This document shows positions 41,101 through 49,498 of a stretch of 64,000 bases of DNA, piece by piece. The DNA lies in contig CBDCWC010000002.1 in NCBI GenBank assembly GCA_965223295.1, positions 1,280,001-1,344,000 on the forward strand, written 5' to 3'. Every line of letters begins with the position of its first letter. Positions within the stretch are counted from its first letter, which is position 1. The translations under genes and the position numbers were made by a program. The notes beneath the pieces were generated by a model. That model was not told the DNA's origin, did not search any database, and was given only the letters and a program-made list of their open reading frames with translations. Source of the stretch: Nitrospirales bacterium (GTDB taxonomy: Bacteria > Nitrospirota > Nitrospiria > Nitrospirales > UBA8639).

Positions 41101-42010
41101 TGCGTGGTCCTGGAAGAACGTGATGTACGCCGCATTTATCTCACCAGACGGGCAACCTGAGCAAGCCTATTTCCTCCAATCTTTGAAAGACAATATTAGT
41201 GAATGGGAAGGGCTGCTCAATTTACCTGCCACCTATACCAACCGGCCCGAGGTGTGGAACTATGGTCGACAAACCCGCTCCTCTAACTGCAACCTCATAG
41301 GTAATTGCATACAAGGGAATTTTGGACCATCCCCATTTGGGGAATTCACCGTGGGCGGAACACCTTTTATTGATAATGCGTATATGGACGGAAATTTGGT
41401 GAACTCGGGCATCTCGCCATTTGAACTAAATTTTCTCATTGCAGGCTTGGCAATGGGACGGAATATGGGGATCGTGAAGCCTGATACGCTTTTAAAGTAT
41501 TTTGCAATCATGCGATTCAACCTCACGTTAAACCCTGAAGCTTATGTAGGGTCCCCATCAGAGGGGATTCCACTTGGGCCTTATGCCATGGAGGTGTATA
41601 AATTTCCCACCATTGTGAAAGCCTCGAATGCATGGCCATCTTCCTGGAACCAGTTGGCCTCACTGTTCCAGACTAATCCGGATGCCAATGGAGGGCAAGC
41701 GAGAACACATTCACCCGTTTTTGGCTGGCGTGGCGAAAACGGACGAGCGGGCTTATCGCCTGATCATAGCTATCGCTTGATCGCCAGAGCCTCACTTGCA
41801 GCCTTATACCCTTATACCGTTGATGGCTATACTGGGCAGCAAGCATGGAACTATTTCTTGTCGGTTGCCCCCGACGATACCAATGACTTAGAAACACGTA
41901 GTCCAAAATGGGCAATTACCCCAATGAATGTGAGTGGAAATAGCGGCGGTAGTTCTGGCACCCCTGACACAACCCCCCCCAGCCCACCGAGGAATTTAGT
42001 TGTTCAATAG
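38177..42010 (+). CDS. Large secreted protein: beta-propeller, FN3, Gly/Ser linker, PcRGLX/YetA-like domain, terminal DTTPPSPPRNLVVQ
   Basis: GGAGGA RBS, signal peptide, Kelch-like NTW repeats, FN3 at about 39281-39550, RPFRKGDI...RWPDGSLKFAIVS. Confidence 0.85.
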   Translation: MKYKLLMVVTFLFGLNPNLSLGTELGDLATSMAVGTWTKLNTNGFTKNYLLYPNGPNTHPTTNFLGEVSWDPVTKKVFFLGAGHFNYSQLHVYSESTNTWTRGPEPPGAPIQLGHGYSHNALSVGDRVLGFLHSNPNKLTFYQYNIGANTWTQRSSTSNDGGIAHAMTYFPDRSKWYVADGTFGRILEYDHISNSWGTVETEPDCFGTESGGYYHQFGSYNAVRKEMVFGGGNVYSGNNKFSKSWCKMDKDGDITLMPEAPHTLRIPEGTTSTKGALVSIDPASGDLLVLTQIGTFFAFNFSTNEWTAIQDQATRPNVFKQTSNNVTNGFVVPISTYGVTMYADHNNNPTLWLYKHAQGGTVVTPPAADTTPPSVPTGLSGSATSSSTASMNWNASNDNVGVAGYQVLRNNNSVATPSGTSFNDTGLVPDTTYSYSVKAFDSAGNFSAASSSISITTPSESTGGGSGGSGGSSGSGGSGGQSSNTASNVLVIHDTSGDSQSNRPISLARPFRKGDISNFAQAVINGTPVLTQNDVKNRWPDGSLKFAIVSFVIPNLSSNGSVEVKLVNQNSGHNTGFLSKSDMLNSNYNFDGTIRMAGAATKSISARQILENGHFRYWLKGPIVTAVILEDRTPTRTYDQDFGDGSKALHPIFEAWFYPQGKKVQLGYTVENVWSSSTASKSMRDLRYSLTLTSGHSSQKTEFTHASFKHIARSRWHRLYWLGTDPGGVRIDHNLAYLVTTAAIPHYDTSINVSPSLEGNLYNEYGKYDGTFDGSDGGNTNKLGLYKKSLNSTGASYWIGLQATWETTWLYSMSTRGWEMVLGNADLGSRMPIFYREADELAGSGDYFDQRYTQNAKLASAGQKQGTGTVNTFGRPISVNARRFVDLGSPHSSSQSAADKIKTGTISTDGWNQTDSSHHTDICYTAYLFSGRYYYLDCLQMEAAFRVGWKTPGFNSPFGRPGEVGLFNGSNVRHDAWSWKNVMYAAFISPDGQPEQAYFLQSLKDNISEWEGLLNLPATYTNRPEVWNYGRQTRSSNCNLIGNCIQGNFGPSPFGEFTVGGTPFIDNAYMDGNLVNSGISPFELNFLIAGLAMGRNMGIVKPDTLLKYFAIMRFNLTLNPEAYVGSPSEGIPLGPYAMEVYKFPTIVKASNAWPSSWNQLASLFQTNPDANGGQARTHSPVFGWRGENGRAGLSPDHSYRLIARASLAALYPYTVDGYTGQQAWNYFLSVAPDDTNDLETRSPKWAITPMNVSGNSGGSSGTPDTTPPSPPRNLVVQ

Positions 42011-42123
42011 TTCTCAGTAAAACACAGTCATCAAAGCGGAGCTGCCCTGACCATTTCGGTTTCAGAAAAACCTGCTTCCCACTGATGAACTATTGACTCC
42101 ACACAATTTTCCAGTAAATATTG

Positions 42124-42164
42124 AGCCAGAGGGTTCTTCTTAGCCGTTGAGCCCTCGGCTTTTT
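42124..42164 (+). terminator. Probable terminator hairpin after the large secreted protein gene
   Basis: AGCCAGAGGGTTC...GAGCCCTCGGCT then T tract. Confidence 0.5.
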
Positions 42165-42419
42165 GCCGATACCTAAATCACATTAACCCTGATTGAATGT
42201 CTGGCAGAGATATTATTTTTGTCTGATACCCTATTTTGTGAGGCGTATATAAAAGGGATAGCAAGGGGCAGATCCTATTTTTATTTCAAATCATCAACTC
42301 CTTAAGCACACTAGCTGACCACACTTTGACATCCGCCTGAAGATGAAAAGTCACATTCTCACATAACGCTCCTTACGATACCGTCCTATGTACGAATATT
42401 TCCTACCTAAAAAAAATCA

Positions 42420-43400
42420 ATGGTGACTTGTACCGATAACAAACCGCTTATTCTACTCTGTGGAATGCCTCGCTCAGGAACAACGTGGCTTGGAAAACTT
42501 TTTGATAGTGATCCTAACACTCTCTACCGACATGAACCCGATAGCATAGAGCGTCTCGCGTGGCTTCCTCTGTATATCGAACCCGAATTTGATGGACGGT
42601 CAGACCAAATTCAAGAATATATTCAATACCTTCCCAATATTTGCTCACCAAAAGTTTCTGCCTCAATGCCCGTATTCAGTAAGTCCTATATGGGACCTGT
42701 CAAGCAAACGCTGATACATCAGACATTTCGGCTCGTCAAAGTCCTCTCGTTATTTGGCATCAACCACGTCCCCCGTTACTGCGTCCCCAAAGACCATTCT
42801 TCCTATCAATTAGTATGGAAAAGCATCGAATCCGCTGGACGACTCGGGTATTTTGCCGAAGTGCTACAAAACAAACGGCTTATTTTTTTACTCAGACATC
42901 CATGTGCGATTACCAACTCTATTATTCGAGGAGGACGAAAGCAGTTCAAGGACTATGATGTCGCAGAAGATTGGGATATTTTTCAGGCCTTATTAGAATC
43001 AAAAGCAGGCAAAAGATGGGGATTTTCACTTGATGATATTCAAGACATGCGTCCTATAGAACGTATGGGTTGGAAATTTCTGGTCACAATGGAGAAGGCC
43101 GTGAAGGACTTGGAAGGCCGGAAAGACTGTAAGGTTGTTGTTTATGAAGATTTATGTGAGAATCCTGCAAAAATCATGAAAGAATTGTTTGATTTTTGTA
43201 AAATTCCTTTCGGGGAACAAACAAGTGAATTCCTCAATAGCAGTACCTCAAAAACTGATCCACAATACTATAGCGTCACCAAATTACCACTAGAAAGTGC
43301 ATACAAATGGAAAAGTGAGTTACCCCAACATGATCAACAACTCTTACTTAAATTGCTAGATCGTTCTCTGCTTGCTCAGTTCTGGACATCCCCCACCTAG
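42420..43400 (+). CDS. PAPS-dependent sulfotransferase
   Basis: 5'-PSB GMPRSGTTWL, HEP, 3'-PB RHPCAITNS, YEDLCENP. Confidence 0.9.
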   Translation: MVTCTDNKPLILLCGMPRSGTTWLGKLFDSDPNTLYRHEPDSIERLAWLPLYIEPEFDGRSDQIQEYIQYLPNICSPKVSASMPVFSKSYMGPVKQTLIHQTFRLVKVLSLFGINHVPRYCVPKDHSSYQLVWKSIESAGRLGYFAEVLQNKRLIFLLRHPCAITNSIIRGGRKQFKDYDVAEDWDIFQALLESKAGKRWGFSLDDIQDMRPIERMGWKFLVTMEKAVKDLEGRKDCKVVVYEDLCENPAKIMKELFDFCKIPFGEQTSEFLNSSTSKTDPQYYSVTKLPLESAYKWKSELPQHDQQLLLKLLDRSLLAQFWTSPT

Positions 43401-43556
43401 AAATTTTTTCTCAATTTTAGAATTTTCTGAATGATGATATTGATATCGCAAAATCTTAATATTATTTTTTGAGGAAATTTTTTATTTGAACAGCCATATC
43501 AGATAACAATCCTCTTGGATCATTCAATCCACCGTCATGGAAGAAGGAGGGAGACC

Positions 43557-45248
43557 ATGAAGTTATTATCTGTTATCCTAGTATCAATTGGCATTGTGCT
43601 TGGCCTCATAATTCCAAGGCCCTCCTCGGCCACGGAGTTAAGCACCGCTGCTGCCAACCTAACTCCGGGGTCATGGGCACAACTATCTAACCCACCCACT
43701 ACCTTCTTCCGCCAGCAAGGCAGCGTCGCTTCAACCCTCTCACATTTAGGCAAAGGCACTTGGGACCCTATCACCCGACGAGCCTATTTTCTGGGGGCAG
43801 CTCGCTTTGCCCCTTCCAAACTTCACGTGTACGACGACACCTCTGGTTTATGGCGAGAAGGGGGCCGTGTACCTGGATTTCCGGGATCTTGGGGGCATGG
43901 GTATAATCACAATGCCCTCGATACCGGCAGCGGGATTCTCGGCTATATGCGTCCAGGTCCCTCCACTCTCCAACTGTATAACATTCCAATCCGACAAACT
44001 ATCAGCATCACGAATACCTGGGAACTTGTCAGTACTGGACAAAATGATGGCAGCATTGTCGAATCGCTTGCCTTTTTTCCAGAACGCGGAACTTGGATAG
44101 TGGCTGATGGCACCTTTGGCCATATCCGTGAATATAATCCCGACACTGACAATTGGAGTGTCATTACCACAAAACCCACTTGTTTCGGCACAACGGGAAC
44201 CTATCATACATTTGCCATGTATCTCCCGTTACGAGGAGAAATCGCCTTTGGTGGAGGCAATTCCTCAACCACCCCCCACCGCAGATGGTGCACGATAGAT
44301 AATGCAGGAACAGTTGTACAGCAACCGGACGCCCCGACTTTCTTAACGATTCCAGCTAATATTGGTGTCGGGGTTATCATTTCTGTGGACCCAGTGTCTG
44401 GAGACCTTCTTGTCCTCACTCAAGACGGGAAGCTTTATGCCTATGATTTTCTAACAGAGGTCTGGGGACTAGCCAATGATGTCGGAAGACCGAGCGTTTT
44501 TAGTAATTCGTTTAATAATGTTGTCAATTCGGTGGCAATTCCCATCAGCACATACGGAGTAAACATGTATGGGAAGGCTGTTGGAGAAGAAGCAGAAATT
44601 TGGATCTATAAGCATAGCCCAGGGAGTGGCACACCACCTCCGCCACCTCCGCCGCCGCCAACACCGACACTGCCTCCTAGCCTTGCTAGTCCCGCTCCTG
44701 GTTCAACTCTTCCAGGGTCTGCAGCAACCTTTACCTGGGAGCCCAACAATACCGCCGTCAGCGAGTGGTGGCTGTATGTCGGAAGTTCGCGAGAGGGGAA
44801 GAATTTCTTCAACAGCGGGTCTATTGGCAGCGGCACCCTATCCCAGGCTGTTGCCACATTACCCACGAACGGACAACAAGTGTGGGTCCGCCTATGGTGG
44901 AAAACTGGCGGCACCTGGCAGTCAGAGGATTACACCTATACTGCCGCTAGCGGTGGGAATACGCCAGCACTCAGTACCCCCTCCCCCCAATCAACTCTAC
45001 CTGGCCCATCTGCAACCTTTACCTGGGAGCCTAATAATGCAGCAGTAAGTGAATGGTGGCTGTATGTTGGGAGCTCACAAGAGGGGAAGAATTTCTTTAA
45101 CAGCGGATCTATTGGCAGCAGTACTCTATCCCAGACTGTCGCCACGTTACCCACGAACGGGCAACAAGTGTGGGTCCGTCTATGGTGGAAGATCAACGGC
45201 ACATGGCAGTCCGCGGACTACACTTTTACAGCCGCAACTTCTCCATAA
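43557..45248 (+). CDS. Secreted protein: beta-propeller, poly-Pro linker, two Trp-rich modules
   Basis: AAGGAGG RBS, signal peptide; propeller paralogous to 38177; modules paralogous to the C-terminus of 36395. Confidence 0.87.
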   Translation: MKLLSVILVSIGIVLGLIIPRPSSATELSTAAANLTPGSWAQLSNPPTTFFRQQGSVASTLSHLGKGTWDPITRRAYFLGAARFAPSKLHVYDDTSGLWREGGRVPGFPGSWGHGYNHNALDTGSGILGYMRPGPSTLQLYNIPIRQTISITNTWELVSTGQNDGSIVESLAFFPERGTWIVADGTFGHIREYNPDTDNWSVITTKPTCFGTTGTYHTFAMYLPLRGEIAFGGGNSSTTPHRRWCTIDNAGTVVQQPDAPTFLTIPANIGVGVIISVDPVSGDLLVLTQDGKLYAYDFLTEVWGLANDVGRPSVFSNSFNNVVNSVAIPISTYGVNMYGKAVGEEAEIWIYKHSPGSGTPPPPPPPPPTPTLPPSLASPAPGSTLPGSAATFTWEPNNTAVSEWWLYVGSSREGKNFFNSGSIGSGTLSQAVATLPTNGQQVWVRLWWKTGGTWQSEDYTYTAASGGNTPALSTPSPQSTLPGPSATFTWEPNNAAVSEWWLYVGSSQEGKNFFNSGSIGSSTLSQTVATLPTNGQQVWVRLWWKINGTWQSADYTFTAATSP

Positions 45249-45326
45249 GAACTCCGGACTTCAGTATGAGAATAATATTTTTATCAACTTACAGAAGTTT
45301 TTGAAAAGCTTAACTACGAATATGTG

Positions 45327-45357
45327 AGGATGGGGCAGATATTTGCCCCATCCTTTT
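45327..45357 (+). terminator. Rho-independent terminator
   Basis: AGGATGGGGCA-GATATT-TGCCCCATCCT then TTT. Confidence 0.7.
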
Positions 45358-45371
45358 CAGAAAACAGTACG

Positions 45372-45512
45372 GGGTACCTCTAAAAACTGATGATTTTTTC
45401 TGAGGGCAAGGAAGCGGCGCGAGGAAAACCGGAGTGTATGGGGCAATACATGAGGATTTGAGCACGACGCTGACGCCGCCATCGGGGAAAAGGATAGTTT
45501 TTAGAGGTGCCC
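45372..45512. mobile_element. MITE-like element, family C
   Basis: 17-bp terminal inverted repeats GGGTACCTCTAAAAACT / AGTTTTTAGAGGTGCCC (one mismatch); internal CCGGAGTGTAT...ATACATGAGGAT core. Confidence 0.8.
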
Positions 45513-45854
45513 TACAAGCTTTACCCTGTCTCAGATCAGGTCAAATTCGCTTCATTCCATAACAACTGAAGTGTTTACTGGTTCTGCGTGTAAGAGCAAT
45601 ATAGAATAATTCCACTTCAAAAGCAGAGCATCCGCTCTGCTAGATAAGCACCCGCCGTCTCAATTTCCCTCACGATGAAATTGTTTTGAGTTCCTAAAGC
45701 CCCTTCTGTTGGATACATCCGTCAAAGAAATCTCCTCCGCGAACTAAAAACATTTAGAGATAACTGCATCAACCTTCTCAAACAATACCCCTTTGTCCGG
45801 AGTGTGCAAAACACACCGCAATCTCTTTCCAGAAAACTCATCCGATTAGCTTCT

Positions 45855-46043
45855 GGAAGTGTCGAATCATGAAGATATCAAAGGTCAAATTTCGCCAAGA
45901 GGCCCTTAGCGATCAACAGCGGCGGGTCTGTTCAAAAAAGTCCGCTCGCCTGCGCGAAGCCGCTTTCAGCCTTCGTCGCCACTACGACGAAGAAGGCCCG
46001 GCGAAGGCAGGAAACGCCGCTGGCGGATTTTTTCAACAGCCCC
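45855..46043. mobile_element. MITE-like repeat family A, copy 4 (alternative interior)
   Basis: Outer arm ATGAAGATATCAAAGG..., then GGGTCTGTTCAAAAAAGTCC...GGATTTTTTCAACAGCCCC. Confidence 0.85.
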
Positions 46044-46269
46044 CTTTGGGAAGTTGTCAACTTTCAGAATATCTGCATTGAGCTCAGGCTATGAGATGGA
46101 CATATACATAAGGATTTAAACCAGAGCAGAGGCTTAAGATTATCGCCAATCATTCCGAAACAAAAGACGGAAGGCATGTGCTGGTATTGTCTGTTTTCGA
46201 GGAAAGCACTATTCCGCTTCACATTTAAACAACTACTAGGAACTCCGTTGACCGGGAGTATTGACCTAC

Positions 46270-47115
46270 ATGAGTCCTAACATCGTAAGCAAGTCATCAG
46301 AAGAGACTAAAGAGCAGTGGGATACTTCAACAAATGACGAATTTCTTGACTATTACAGCGAAGCAAGCCTAACAGCTGAAACCCTTGGCCGCTTCGAACG
46401 TCTTGTCGAGCTTGTTGTCAAGGCACTCCAACGTGAAGGGCGATCAGGCCCCTTCGAAGTAGCTGACATTGGGGCCGGTGCGGGTACCTTATCGAGAATA
46501 TTTGCTCATGCTGGCCACAAAGTGGCGAGCATAGAAATTAGCAAAGATTTAAGTGAAATTGCCCGCCAACGGGCACAAGATGAAAGTCTCGACATCACAT
46601 TTATAAATTGTAGCGCAACAAACATAGCCTTGTCCCCGAGGAGCGTGGATATTTGCGTTCTTCCTGAACTCTTAGAACATGTTAAAGATTGGGAGGGATG
46701 TCTCGACGAGGCGGGGCGTATCCTTCGCCCTGGTGGTGTGCTTTACCTAAGTACCACAAATACTCTTTGCCCTCGACAAGAAGAATTTAATCTTCCTTTG
46801 TATAGTTGGTATCCAGGATTTCTGAAACGTTACTATGAAAATTTGGCATTCACGACCAGACCAGAAATCGCCAATTATGCTAAATACCCTGCGGTCAATT
46901 GGTTTACTTTCTATAGTTTACAAACGGCATTGCGGAAACGAGGGTTCGATCGATTTCTCGACAGGTCAGATATGATCGAACTTCGTGTTACAGGAAGCTC
47001 AAAAGCCCATGTCGCAAAATTGATTCAGACGATACCCTTCATGCGACTCGCACTTCAATTTCTCACGCCAAACTCTTTAATCCTGGCATTTAAGGCAGGG
47101 GAGTCTTCCCAATAA
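46270..47115 (+). CDS. Class I SAM-dependent methyltransferase (UbiG-like fold)
   Basis: ADIGAGAG, ELLEHV, LRPGGVL; start 46261 or 46270. Confidence 0.85.
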   Translation: MSPNIVSKSSEETKEQWDTSTNDEFLDYYSEASLTAETLGRFERLVELVVKALQREGRSGPFEVADIGAGAGTLSRIFAHAGHKVASIEISKDLSEIARQRAQDESLDITFINCSATNIALSPRSVDICVLPELLEHVKDWEGCLDEAGRILRPGGVLYLSTTNTLCPRQEEFNLPLYSWYPGFLKRYYENLAFTTRPEIANYAKYPAVNWFTFYSLQTALRKRGFDRFLDRSDMIELRVTGSSKAHVAKLIQTIPFMRLALQFLTPNSLILAFKAGESSQ

Positions 47116-47160
47116 AACTTCCAAGTCTTCAACAAGAAATTTTGAGGTTTGCATCTAGCA

Positions 47161-48009
47161 TTATGCCTTAGACTCGTAAAGCTTAAAAATCCAATGCTTA
47201 TTCTTGACGGGGACTAATTTTCCTGTCATTGCGTTAATCACTCCACATGCCATCGTGACGGGCGTTCTAGGGGACGGAACAAATCGGTCATTTCCGCATT
47301 GTGGACAGGCCGCACCGTCAACCCAATTCCATCTATCTCCAAATTGCTGATTTATCCAAAGAGCAACGCTGTTCATATAGGGATGTCGCTTACCATAATA
47401 TTGAGTCTGCTTCACCCTAAATGTTGGAAACAGTGAGTTGAGAAATGGATTAGAAAACCTTCTAAGATGTCCCCAAATATTGAAGATATGTCCGCATTCA
47501 CCACATTTCGTATTGCCTCGCCTAAGGTCTTCCTTATAAGGAACAGAAATTAAGATGAATTTCTTTGCAACGCGTTGGATTTCTGCAACCGTTGCCGTAA
47601 ACATAGCATCAGAAAAATGCTCCAACACCTCACAGCACATCACAAGATCAAACGAACTATCAGAAAATGGCAGGGAAAGGGAGCTCCCACAAACCCCAGT
47701 TCCGCAAAAATTTCGTGCAGATAAATTTGAATAGTCCAATCCAAAAACCTTTACTTTTTGCTGCATAGACTTCATCATCCGTCCGTCGCCACAGCCAACA
47801 TCAAGAAGAGTATGGATATCAGATGGGATTAAGCGTTCTACTGTCTCTATCCGCCCCTGTTCTCTATCAGAAATATAAGAAGAACCATTTTCTTTGTCAG
47901 ACCAAAAAAAATCACCTGTTTTTCTTGGGACGGCAACATACGACAGATTTGAATGTTGGGAAATATCTAATTTACGACTATCCATCATTTGCGCAATCCT
48001 CCATGACAA
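47161..48009 (-). CDS. Class I SAM-dependent methyltransferase with two CxxC motifs
   Basis: LDVGCGDG, CEVLEH, CGECG and CPQCG; start uncertain. Confidence 0.85.
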   Translation of the reverse strand: MSWRIAQMMDSRKLDISQHSNLSYVAVPRKTGDFFWSDKENGSSYISDREQGRIETVERLIPSDIHTLLDVGCGDGRMMKSMQQKVKVFGLDYSNLSARNFCGTGVCGSSLSLPFSDSSFDLVMCCEVLEHFSDAMFTATVAEIQRVAKKFILISVPYKEDLRRGNTKCGECGHIFNIWGHLRRFSNPFLNSLFPTFRVKQTQYYGKRHPYMNSVALWINQQFGDRWNWVDGAACPQCGNDRFVPSPRTPVTMACGVINAMTGKLVPVKNKHWIFKLYESKA

Positions 48010-48327
48010 CTGTAATCAGCCCCACCAATCTAACGATGAGATCCTTCTCACGACCAAGTACAATTTTCTCTTCAGAGCAAAAAAGTCTTTTTTTCAGGGC
48101 TGATTTTCTATGAATTTCTTTGGCAAGCCAGGCCAAACACAATGGAGGGGGACTATGGGTGCGGCGGAATCACATACTTACTGAATACATTTGTTTTTCA
48201 GCCACTTCAGAGCAGACCATACCCGACTTGCTAACTGGGGGATGTGCAAGAATACCTCATCTATTTGGCTGACTCAAGAACTGGGGAGGGGGCAGTAATC
48301 TTTCAACCACTATCGGGAGCTAATCTG

Positions 48328-49494
48328 TCAACATCGTTCTAATTCTTTCAACAGTTGCCATGTTCCGGTCTCCGTTCCATGCATAATCTGATACCATGAA
48401 CAGAAACGTCGCATGCTCTCCGAAAAATTCACAATAGGAACATAGCCAAGTGCTTGCTTTGCCGAATCACAAAGATGCCGCACGTTTCTCCGCTGTTGAG
48501 AAATCAACCGCATATGATAGGAAGGTGAACCATGTATCCTCTCAACGGTCACACCTCCACCTAAGGTTAATCGTAAATGTTCTTCCAGATCAGGAAATTT
48601 GGCAATCGCCTTACGAGGAACAGACAGCATTTTCTTAAGAATCGGGTCCTTGGCTAAAGCGGTTCGGACGTCATCCGAGGCCATATGCTTAAGACTCTTC
48701 CATAAAGAGGAGGATTCAGAGGTCTTGGTCGCGACTCCATTCATTGTCATGTCATCTAATACCGGGATTTCTACCTCATTCTTCACACTGCCAACGAGCG
48801 CATTCGCGAGTTCTTTCCATGATACCTCTTCATCATCCGTAATAAAATACCGTTCTCCGGTTCCGACGGTTGCTTCCAAAGATAATTGAATGGCATGAAC
48901 TAAATTGTCGACATCGACAAGATTGACTGGAGTTTGACCATCAGACAAAAAGGCAAATCTTCCGGCTTGGATCGTTCGTAAGACCTCTAAACAAAAATAT
49001 GAATAAGGGCCAGTAATATTCGGAGGACATAAGATAATGCTTGGCAGCCCAGAACCATGAGCCTTTTGGACCAGTTGGTCTTGTTTTAACTTGATCCAAC
49101 CATAGCTCCCTTTTTCTGGATGGGTTTCGGCCGTTTCTCTCTCACTTGCAGCAGGAGGAGGATCTCCATACACTGCAACACTACTCAGATGCACAAACCT
49201 TTTGACTTCTTCTTCTTTCGCTATCATTAACAAATTCTGAAGTCCCTTGATCATCAACTCTTCAGAACCCCGGGTACAATTGACAATATGAGAGCATCCC
49301 TTTACTGCCTGGCGAATGGAATCTGTAGAAAGTAAGTCTGCAACTTGCAGACTAAAATTCCTTCGAGCCAACCGCCATGCACTTCCACTGGAGTGGATAA
49401 TGGGAACCACATCAAATTTAGAAGCTTGCGCCATGCTTTTCTCGACAAATGCTGAACCAACAAAACCAGATGCGCCAAATACTGCAACTTTCAT
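48328..49494 (-). CDS. NAD-dependent epimerase/dehydratase (extended SDR)
   Basis: GASGFVG, HLSSVAVYG, YGWIK. Confidence 0.9.
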   Translation of the reverse strand: MKVAVFGASGFVGSAFVEKSMAQASKFDVVPIIHSSGSAWRLARRNFSLQVADLLSTDSIRQAVKGCSHIVNCTRGSEELMIKGLQNLLMIAKEEEVKRFVHLSSVAVYGDPPPAASERETAETHPEKGSYGWIKLKQDQLVQKAHGSGLPSIILCPPNITGPYSYFCLEVLRTIQAGRFAFLSDGQTPVNLVDVDNLVHAIQLSLEATVGTGERYFITDDEEVSWKELANALVGSVKNEVEIPVLDDMTMNGVATKTSESSSLWKSLKHMASDDVRTALAKDPILKKMLSVPRKAIAKFPDLEEHLRLTLGGGVTVERIHGSPSYHMRLISQQRRNVRHLCDSAKQALGYVPIVNFSESMRRFCSWYQIMHGTETGTWQLLKELERC

Positions 49495-49498
49495 ATCG

